A stretch of DNA of 64,000 nucleotides from Bugula neritina (Eukaryota; Animalia; Bryozoa), in the NCBI GenBank assembly GCA_964035545.1, contig OZ037768.1, positions 16,971,875 through 17,035,874 on the forward strand, written 5' to 3'. Each line of letters starts with the position of its first letter. The first letter of the stretch is position 1. Of the stretch, positions 26,201-37,500 are shown piece after piece. The notes beneath the pieces were generated by a model. The model was not told the origin of the DNA and did no database searches. It saw only the letters and a program-made list of their open reading frames with translations. Position numbers and translations under genes: made by a program.

Positions 26201-27077
26201 TTGGACGATGAAGACCAGGGGCACAGCTGTGTAGCTGAACTACGAACTTCCCTAGAACTGCTTCGTTCAGAAATGATTGTCAAGCTGGAAGATCAGAAGA
26301 ATGAGTATGAGCTGAGACTGGATGCACAGAGGAGTCATATGGTGCAGAAAGAGGGAGAAATTCAAACAGAAGTGGATGAGCTGAGGGCTCAGGTGGGTGC
26401 AACTTGCCAACGACATAACTGGTTTTAAAGTATTGACTGACAGCATGCTGAACAGGTTTTGCCTGCTGTGTAGATATAGACCCATATGGTAACTAATGTA
26501 ATATATGTTATATGATGCTATAGCAACAGTTCAACTATAAAATGGCTTTAGTTTAGAGGCATTAGACTGTTACTAAGATTTGGGTTTTATTTTGGTTCAA
26601 CGTTTGGTACATCCTCCCAAACAAGATACAACTGTATGGGTGTAGGTATGACTGTTTTATATTTTAAACAAGTGAAACCTCACCTTGCTAATATTAACAG
26701 GAACTAAGGTAATATATAGAAACACTAAAAGTTCCAGTGCTTGATACATTGATGAAAAGATAATTACAATACAATACAGTCCCAACCTCTTTGCCGGTAA
26801 AGCATATATTAATACAGCGACACACTGACTCACTACTTGATAACAGCATTAGATTATTTCAGTCTGCATTGTTGGCTGTGAGCAGGTTAACAGACTGATG
26901 TCTAACGCTAAGCTGCTGATGGAGACACTGAACGAGAGACAGAAAGACATAGACAGACTGGAGGAGAACAGAGGGGAGATGATGAGCTTGATACAGTCAC
27001 TGCAGGAGGAAAGCTGCAACACTTTGAAGGTCACATGTATAAAGTGTCATAGGTCAGACAAGGTCACGGTGCTGTAG
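23272..27077 (+). CDS. RING finger E3 ubiquitin ligase, RNF151/RNF41(Nrdp1)-like (C3HC3D RING, TRAF/SIAH-type Zn fingers, coiled coil); ~275 aa
   Basis: Exons 23272-23477 (MGFDVERFVG..CCICRDVLEDPLQAPCEHAYCSTCI..CPEDR), 24313-24423 (YMRNDLNRLSIRCQNIDAGC..HEEECG), 25087-25202 (CPSPGC..HLKQCEHRVKECPKGC), 26190-26392 (HSCVAELR coiled coil), 26886-27077 (..KVTVL*). All GT-AG, phases consistent, 828 nt. An acceptor at ~23228 implies an upstream non-coding exon. Confidence 0.9.
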
Positions 27078-28045
27078 CTGGCAGGGGCAGTCATTATCAT
27101 ACATGACAGCTATTGGTGGAGTTCGCTGATCAATTTTTACATTTCTAAAGAAAAAAATCGGATTAAACCATCATATATATGGTCCTAGTATCAACTTCAA
27201 GTTCTTTACTTTCTATAATGTAGAACTTAGCATGCTATAAGCTATAATTAAAATCTCACGATAAAATTACATATTGTTTCTTTATTGTGGGCCCTTTTTG
27301 ACATAAATCATGACTTATGTAAATCTTGTAGCTCACTATCTTTCATATGCATCTATGCAGCAAAAATATGAGCTCACACGCTGTCGTACACATCTGTGTG
27401 CTAATATAACTTTTGACCTTGTAGGTCAAATTATAGAATATATTATATTTATACTTGTTTGGAAGTTTTGGGAATGTTATTATCTATAGAGCTATATATA
27501 GAATAATTATGTGAAGTATTTGTCTCATTCAGTAATTAGAAAGTGCACTTTGAGTTATTATTGTATTTAATTACTATACTATAATAGTCAGCCCTAAAGA
27601 ATACCTCATGCAGTGGTTTTAATCAGCTGAAACAAAAGGCACTTTGAATTTGGCCAACAAACTCTACATGACATTTCAGGAGGGTGGGTTATGCCAGGCA
27701 TCTTTACACTTCTGAGTAACAGCTAGTTCTTAGTCTATGACAACTTGTATAGAATGTGGTTGTTGTTTTGCTACAAAATCAATATTTTCACACTGTCTTA
27801 CATTATTCAGTCGGATGTGTGTGTCTAATAGGACTAATAGTATTGCTTATATATATGCCTGAGCTTTCAGATCTCATTATCTTCATTTAATTTTAAACTT
27901 TCTGTGTGAAACAGACCTAATTTTGTGCAAACCTGATACTCAAGTATTATATTATATTTTTATCCAGCTAAGTGTACATCTTGATATTATTTTTCATGTA
28001 ATTTTAATGATATTTACAACTCATATATTTTATGATGCTTTTAAA

Positions 28046-28101
28046 AATAAACCTATGGTTTTACAGATATTCAATAAAAAGTTTCAATAGGTGTTTTTAT
28101 T
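28046..28101. terminator. Opposed polyadenylation signals of the RING gene (+) and gliomedin-like gene (-)
   Basis: AATAAA at 28046-28051 and 28073-28078 (+); TTTATT at 28096-28101 (AATAAA on -). Confidence 0.5.
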
Positions 28102-28532
28102 GGTAAACAACAAAAAATGCTTAGGTAATTAAATGTTATACATTTTATCACCCTTCATTGCATTGTAGTGCTAAATGTATTGTATTATAATACTATACAA
28201 ACAAAACCATGGCAGGTAAATACATTCTTTCAGTTCAGTAACAGTCTTATAATAATAGGTGATAACATCGATAACAGAATATGGAAACTAGCAGCCAAAT
28301 TAAGTGCATGTAACACCATAGATTATTTTCTGATGTAAAAATAGCACAAGTGCTGTAAAATGTAAACAGCGTTGATTGCGGCATACTGTGCCACACAAGA
28401 CACTACAGTAGCTCAGTTACTCTATCAAACTACATGGGTTAACCAATTCTCATAACATAAATTTATAGGTAACAAATCAACAACAACTTCATAACCTAAC
28501 CTGCTGTTTGTATTATGTACACATAAGTAAGG

Positions 28533-31500
28533 CTATTCCGCACGAATTGGCTGCACAACTATGTTTTTACCATCCCATGCCATAATTGCTGTGTTGTCAG
28601 GCCGATAGGACAACATTCTGTTGTTCCTAAATGCGTTTGTGAAGGGTAAAGATAAGTCAACTTCGCTGTTGGAATATAAGTCATACGCAAATGAGATCTG
28701 GCTATTTAGCTCAGTGCCACTTTCTAGAAGGTACAAGATTCCTTGAGCTATGAAAGCATTGGAGTAGTCTGCTCTTGATACTGTTATGTTCCAAGTTTTT
28801 TCTATCTCTACATAATTGGGTTCAAGTTTTGAAACCATCAAAGTGTTGGGTAATGCAGGCTCAACAATATCAGGCTTATAAGCATACAAGACCCATAGTC
28901 CATTTTCATCAACTGCCAGATCGTAGTAATTGTAGCTTGTGCCGAAAAGAGTCTCAGAACCCCTGTGTAAGGAGCTCGCTATCTTTAGCTGGGTGGTCTT
29001 TGATCGGGAATCAAGGTCATACCGAGCTATGGCGTCTAAACCAGCACTGCAAACAACACAACAGCATTTTCTTTAAAAATTATAGTTTAATGCTACCAAA
29101 AATGAAGTGTTTTAAAACTGTTATTTTGTTTGAAGCATTGTTGTTGGCTCAGCAGCGAATCTACAGTCAAAAGCATTCATGCTTGCAACTTTATTTATTA
29201 GTAGAAAAAGTCTACATGGTTCAAAAAATCAGGTGATGTGGATCGCTGTGTTGCATTGTGGTATGCTAATTGGCATGAAGCTATATATTTGCAGTAAATT
29301 AATTTATTACTCATTATAATATATTATTCCATATACTCTATAGGACCTAGAGTAAAGGTTTTTATAGTGTTGATAGTGTATGTTTGAAATATTATTTAGC
29401 CACTTGCTGTAAAAGCTGTAGCCTCACTTAAACAAGGTTATGTCGAACATAAAACCCTATACTTTTTAAATGAGCACAAGTCGTACACTTTCTTCAAAAT
29501 AAATTTTATTTAAATTATTTTAGCACAAACTTTATTCATGTTAGCAATTGGATATAAAAGATTTCCCTCAATATGGTAAAGCACCAACATTATGACAGCC
29601 TTTGTTACCCAACTTATAAATTAAAGAGAAGACAACCCCATAACACATCTACATACCTTTGGTAGTAGAATGCTCCTCTGTAAATTGCACCACCAGTCCC
29701 ATAGAACTGATCTTGTATGTTATAAACTTTGCTGTAGTTTCCTGTTTTAGACGAAAATTCATCTTCTGAAGCGAATTCATATATTGAACGACCAGTGAAA
29801 TGATAGGTCAGATAATATTTGCCCTGGTAAGAAAATGGAAAAATTATTAGTAAAGCATTATTTACTACTCGCCATTGCCTGGTAAATTGCAATAGAGTAT
29901 AGCAACTTCAAAAACTAGTATTTCACCTTTGTGGTTGGTGTGGGGTCACTATCAACCATCCAAGACCCCCAGTCACTGTCTGTTGTTCTGAGAAGCACAG
30001 GCTTGCCAATTATCTTTATAGTCAAATCTGTAAGAAAATTTGTTATGGAACTGTAAGCAGTAGATAGCAGTTTTCACACTACTTTAAGCTTTGCATTGCC
30101 TTTCAAATCCTCATTTATGATGCGGAGTGACTATAAGAATTTAAAATCAAATAATGAGCACTTTTTGAAGCTACAGAAATAGTATCTGTCAACAATGAGA
30201 TGACTGTTGACTAATCTATAACTCTTATAAACTAACTTCCTATAATTAAAATGCAAAGAAAAATGCAAAGTTAGAGAAGTTTTATATTTTAATCAGGTGC
30301 TATGGAGTCGCTTATCATGACTATCCTAAAAAATTAATGCAGCATAAAAGCCAAAGCTTATAACCAAATAGTGGTTTTGGATTTTGCAAAAGCTGAATGT
30401 TTGTACATTGTTCCTACCTTCTTTTCGTTCAGGTATAGTTGTATTCTGGTACAACAAAAAGGTGGGTGGTGACCCTGCCAAATAGACACGAGTATAGGTA
30501 CAACACAAAACAGCTACAAATACACACTGAGACTTTGAATTGTACAGCTATGAAACATACACATATACAAGTAGGTTACATTCTACACAGTACATACAAT
30601 GAGCCTATATACACAGTAGGCCTATACACATGACACATTTGTAAGTCTAACATAAAGTTTGAATAAGCCAAAGCCTACTACAATCAAAATTGAATCTTTA
30701 TATCAAGTCTTTTTTTATCATGTGATCTAACGCTTACTTGGAATTGATCACGCGATAATTACATGTAGCATGCTTTGGCATTTAAGATGGAAGAAGAAAG
30801 AGAAAAGAAAAAAAAACAGAAATTTTATGTTTAAATGGCTCAGGTTATTTTGAGCACACTGAGTAGCAATATGTACTTTAACCTGCCGACTGGTAAACAT
30901 TGTGGGTATTAGTAGACTTGTAAATTTCCATATAACTATATGTGTATCCTATACCAGGTAAAATACGGTGTTTACTATCTACATGATATGCTAAATGTCA
31001 TGCTATGCAGACAGGAATATATATAATATTTCATAGTATACACAACATTTACTTGTAGTTTAAGTTATACAATACCAGTGCTGCTACCTATAATCAGATA
31101 TCATAGAAAGACAATGTTCAGCAGTATTGGCTACAAATTATAAAAAGTATTGCAAACTATAAAGCATCTGTGGTCTACAATCAGTGTTTTAGCCTATAGG
31201 AGAAGCGAAAATCTATATATTGGGTGGATTTTTAAATGACTTAAAGTTTGAAGCAAATTTTACCCGGCTGATCTTTTTGGACATCACTTACTGCACAATC
31301 ACTACCAACCGCTGAGAACATAAAATATTATTTTATAACTGTAAAATTAAAAAAAGTGCCATTTAGTGATGAATATATTTACTTTTTGAATTGATGTTAT
31401 GCACATGCACAACTTGTTGCATGGATGTTATAGAAATTTTAGAAGTTTCAACAGGCTGATACATAAAAAATCTTAAACTATGCTATTATTCAACATAGGC

Positions 31501-34500
31501 ACAAAAGTCATTGTTAGCAGTCACACTGGCTATTTCAACTGAATGCTGCTATTATTATTTTATATAAACCATCAGTGATTCTCAACTTACTTTGACACAC
31601 TCCAGGGTCACCTTTCTCTCCGGGTGGTCCGACCAAACCTGGAAAAAAATAAATATGGTGCTGTGATGCTATACAGACTAGAGTTACTATATTCTTCCTA
31701 TCTGAGTATCTTTTAACATGTAGTGAACATTAGACACAGTATACTTGTATTTTGGGAGTTGTCGTTTTTGTGCAGAAAAGGAAGACAAATCCTTATTTAA
31801 AAAACTAAAATATGCTGAGTTTATAGGAGAGTGCTTCAGTTGTAGCATACTCCGAATGATACTCACTATCTGAAAGGTAGTTAACAAATCATTTGAAGAT
31901 ACTACATTTCTACTCACAAATGTTATAGCAGATACAGCATTGCAAGAAGCTTTGGTATGGACACTGAGTCATCAATCAACATAATTTAATGCAACATGAA
32001 TGTCACTATTAAGCTATGATACCAGCATAGTGTTACACCAGACTAGTGTGACACTAGTACAGTGTGACATCAGCAGAATGTGAGACCAGTATGCTGTGAC
32101 ACCAGTATAGTGTGAAACCAGCATAAAGTGGCACCAGTACAATGTGACACCAGTATAGTGTGAAACCAGCATAAAGTGGCACCAGTACAGTGTGACACCA
32201 GTATGCTGTGACACCCAATATGCTGTGACACCCAGTATGCTGCGACACAATTATTGTAACAATAATTATACACTCACATTCACATTGTATAGCATCTCCT
32301 GGTTCACCTTTTAGTCCTAAAAAGCATATAACAATTTGTTATTAATCACAAACAGAGATTTTCTGCAGATTGCTAAGTTTATCTTTAGTATCAACTTGAA
32401 ATAAAAGTATTCTTTCAAGTCATCCTGGACATAATGTATGTGCTGTAACTGTAACTTTTATTCAGATATCTGAGATTTAAAATGCTACAAATTATACACA
32501 TGTAAGCACACACGCGCATATGGGAGGGAGAAGGGTGTGTGTGTGTGTGTGTGCTCGCGCGTGAGTGTGTGTATCTTTGGAAGCAAAGTTTTCCACAGCA
32601 AAGCTGTTTAGTAAAGAAAGTAAACATGCAGAGGGAAAAGTATAGTCAAAATATTCCACAAGTTGCAAAAACTTACAGTGAATTATAGCATATAGCACAA
32701 GAGGATAGGAGGGCATTTCAGTCATAAGCGTAAAACATGTTACAATGGAAGATGGCATATACTGCATAAGCAGCCCTACAGTTGCTCTTATTACAAGCAC
32801 ATAAATGGCTTTTATTCCTAAATATCATAAGCATACTATACATTGTGTCCTATAGGTGCATGACTCATTTTAGTATATTTATAACGGGATAACTCCCTCA
32901 AGGGACAATGTTACCTCGCTTTCCTCTGCGACCTGTGTCGCCAGGTGATCCGACAACACCCGGTTCACCCTTTGCCCCTATTGGCCCTACAAGACAGTGT
33001 TAGTAGCAGTTGCAGTGCATAGTAAGCAACATAAGTAACACAATGCAAATGCAAAAAAGCAAGCAAGCAGAGATACAAAAAATAGTCAATAAGCGAGACT
33101 GATGACACAAAAAGCGTTCAAACACTCAAGTAAATGCCTTTAGAAGAAATTTATAATAGCAAGAGTCCAACAGCATATCATCTGCATATAGGTGATGCAT
33201 ATTTACTCTTAGTGACACACAGAAAGACTACCTTTAAGAAATTGGGTGATATTATATTTCAACAAAGTTTCTGCGGTTAGAATGGGAGCATCTCCTTTTT
33301 CTCCCTTCTGCCCTATCAATCCACTTAGGCCTAGGGTTAGAGCAAGTAAGGTGAAGCATATTGGTGTTACAGTCAAACAAGGGACATGCCTGCGAGGCAT
33401 GACAATAGGAAAAATAAAATGTGTGGTGACTCTGATTAAATAGATTCCTTAATAAATTAGATTCCTTAGGAAAGGCCAACAGCTGTTTCCATAAACTCTG
33501 GCATTTATTGCAATAACATATCAAAAATGATTCACATTTTTTTTATAAATAAACTACTTTGGCCATTATTTAAAATCTCAAAACAACATTTTTTCTAAAT
33601 AATAATTAGATTTCAGCATAATAGTTCAATATGTTGCAAAACAGACAATGTAAAATACTGTAAATGAATTTCAATATGGTATGACCAGGGTACATTCTAT
33701 TTTGAGAGAAACTCATGTTGAAGTTATTTCAGTGTAGCTGCAGCAGATATTCCTACTATACATTGTGTAAGTTATAGAGCCAGTATGCACTGTGTGAATG
33801 TGTGGGTCTTAGAGTACATGTATGTTACACAAACCTGTAGCACCTGGTAACCCATCACTTCCAGGAATCCCATTTACACCTGGTAAACCTATTGGACCCT
33901 GCAACCCCATATCTCCAGGTTCTCCGGGCAAACCTGGAGCACCTATTACTCCATTATCGCCTTTAGAACCTTTTTCTCCAGGAGAACCCGAAGGTCCGGG
34001 TAAACCTGGGGAGCCTGATAAGCCTGTCATACCAGTTTTTCCAGATAAACCAGGTAACCCTGGCTCTCCCTTTTCTCCTGGAAAATTGTGTATTGTCCAC
34101 AATTTGGTGAATATAAAAGATTTAATTTATAAATGTTATTTTCAATACTAGTGCATTCAATGAAATGATATAATTTGCGTTTTTAAAAGTTATGAATGTA
34201 TATCTACTGCACATGGTAATATATATAATCTGTTTAATGTCAATTTAATCAGTTTTAGGTTGTATTTTTCCAGATTCCTAATATGTAATGCAATTGTTGT
34301 CACTCTATAGTCTATACACACCTTTTTCGGCTACTTGTTCTGACGTAAAATTATTTACAATCCCTGGATCCCCCTTAGCGCCTTTTAGTCCTGTAATGAC
34401 AACTATTCCTATAACACTCCTTATTTATAGTTTATTTAGTTGACCCTACGATATTCAGCTTTGTATGACTACTATATTTACTGTACTTTTGGAAACTAGA

Positions 34501-37500
34501 ACAAAGTTAGTCATCTATCAAGTATAATGAATATGATAATATTTTATAATTATAACAAAAAGATAGCTGCTAAGACCAAAATTATTTAGGACTAAGTATG
34601 ATGCATTACACACCCACACAACTCATCATGCAACCCTTTTTTATGAATTAAAATGGTGTAAATGCATACAATGCTAATGCTAAAAGTGTGTGTAAACTAA
34701 TAAAAGCTATATTTATACACGTGGAGTAGGTCATATGACTTTTGTTATGCCTGAATTTAAACCCATATAGCTCCTAAAACAAAATGTTTCATCATATAAA
34801 TATTTTTCAGGTAAAAAACCCAATAATGCATAAATGATGCATAAATGCCTTGCAGCTTAGCATAATTAATGAAGTTGAGCAACTTAGTTTTTTGCATTAA
34901 ATAGTTTTTCAAAGATAAATGAAGGAATAGTTTTAATACAATCAAATGTTTGTTTTGACTGAATATAATAATGTAAATGATATCATCGAGAAATTATTTA
35001 AACTAGAGAAGTTTGGATTTAAAATGCTCATATCTGACTAAAAAGTAATAAGTGGGTCAATCAGAAAATAATTGCAATAATTGATATTATCTTGCAAACC
35101 AATAATCCTGCTAATTGCATGCCTGTAGCTATTCCAATTTTTTCCAATAATTTATATTTGTCAACACCTAATTACAACATACATTATACTAGTAAATATT
35201 ATTGCATCCTTAAAGCCACTATGATTTTTGGCATACCACTACTATAGTTGTTGCAAATCAACACTAACCACATAAACAACCAAGCCGCACCCACCTTTCT
35301 GCTAAATGGCAATTGTACCAGCACTAGCTGATTTTCAACAACCAATATAGTTGCAGGCACAATGGTATTTACAACTGAACATGATAATTGGCCCACCACT
35401 CTTATACCAACCATATAATATGCTGAGTATATAATGAGGTCTCTAAAGTTTATATATAAAGTACTTTATAAAAAAGTGGGTGTAAGAGCAGACCACAATA
35501 TGTATAATGCAAACATGATAATTTGTTTATTCTAACCAATTGTCTCTAACCTTAAGAGCAGAATTAGAAGAATCAGTGTTGGCTGCCCCTATGTTTATAG
35601 AGCAGATATTAAAAATTAAACTGTGTGAGGGTGTTCTCTAAGAAATAGCTAGAACAGCTTTTCATTTATACGTAGTGGTGAAGAAATTTAATAGCTTAGG
35701 TTCTTTGATTTTTTTATAACTTTATGCACGGCTTTGAAAGAGCACGTAGCATTTTCTATAGAAGATAATAAATCTAGACAATGGGTCAATACTGCTTACT
35801 TGGTGGAGAATTTGAGAATATTGTTAAAATCAGAGTGTTGTAGGAGCTTCAGTAAAATATGTAATAATTATATTAAAGTGTATGGCTAATGGTTCTGCTT
35901 GATTTGTAACTAATATATGCTTGCAGGTTGAATGTCTGGTAAAACAGGCTATTAATTATTTGCACTTATTTTAGAAAATTTATTAGAAATTGATTGAATA
36001 GCAGCAACTTATAATTACCCAACCTTTAATTATTTCTTGAGAAATATATTTCCTAAATAAATAGAAGTGCAGACAAATTTCAAAGTACTTAATAAAGACT
36101 AGCTGCAGCAGAAATAGACACACACTGTGCACTTTGTGAAGAAACTTTCATATGCTCAAACCAACTCACAGATATCTACTACTAACAACGAGCTGTGAGT
36201 GAACCACCCTTAATACTATACCGATTATATAACTAAATTGTCTACAAGCTGGATTGCAAGATGAAGACCTTGAACACAGTTTGATGAGTGCGTAGCTTCC
36301 TCTGTCTCCTTTCGGGCCCCTACACCCCGGCCTACCTGTCAACCCTGACCAGCCTCTCGCTCCAACCCGTCCTTTTTCAAAAAAACAGCAATTACCTGTT
36401 TGATAATGCAATTAGACAGAAGGACAGCAATTTTAGATTTGTGGAGCTGAGGAACATTTGTTGCTCTCAGTTTATTGGACTGAGCCACAACACATTGTAT
36501 TGACATCTGATGGTTATATCTTTAAAGAACTAGTTCACACACTTCCATACAGAAACAGGATGTGGTATATAGCAGCAATGGGATCATCTTAGCAGTGGTA
36601 CATGTATAGCAGCAATGGGGTCATGGTAAAAGGGTAGTAGTGGTTCATAGCAGCCAAAAAAGGTCACGGTAGGAGGGATACATAGCAGCACTATAGTAGT
36701 AAAGCAGGTATGGCATTAGTACTGGGAAAAAGCAGCAAACATACAGGGGATAAGAAGTTAACAAGTCGTCATCTAATTGTTGTTCTGGCCCACACTACAC
36801 TTATAGTGGTGCATTTTAAACATGGTTAAAATATGATATATCTAGATTTTTAGTTAAAACATAAAATGCTAGACTGCCAGCTATTTACCGTAGATGAAGA
36901 TTTTCAATTAAACTGAAACTCTAATTCACTACGTTCTCATGCATCAATGAAAAATTCTAAGCATATGGTGGCGTAGTGATTGATCAACCATTCCCAAAGC
37001 TTCCTACTCCAAGATAATGGGAGCAAAATTATTATTGATCAGCATAAGTGTTGATTTTTATCTTGTGGCTTGGGCTTTTAGTTTTTCACCCAATGTTGAG
37101 GTCTGAGTGTGTTTGCTGTTTTCTTTTATGAACAGACAATTTCTAATAGTCTACAAATCTGCCGAAATTGAAGGCATCATAACACTACTGATGCACCCTT
37201 TCTCCCAGCTATAAAACTGCTAACTGGCGTGTAGCATCTTACAATTCTGCTTTAGCTGATACGTCAAAAACATCTTATAATGTTCTTTCCCTTAAGTTTT
37301 GCAGTTGATCATTTAAAAAAGCTGGCAGCCGCGTATATTGTTTAAACTACCTTTACAACAGGTCTCCTTAAAGACATAAAAACTTGTCAGTTTTTATGTT
37401 GAAATATTTTGTATTTATTTAGCATGTTTTAAACTCTTTTTGTTGATAAACTACAAACTACTGGGTATATTATACCCGGACTGTCTAACCTGGCAATCCT

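Noticed and set aside
28775-29236. 153-aa plus-strand ORF
   Set aside because: Antisense to the olfactomedin exon; no recognisable features.
32014-32273. Repetitive ORFs and regularly spaced repeat that might suggest a CRISPR-like array
   Set aside because: Intronic tandem minisatellite without unique spacers in a eukaryotic context.
33822-34151. Pro/Gly-rich plus-strand ORF
   Set aside because: Antisense shadow of the 243-nt collagen exon.
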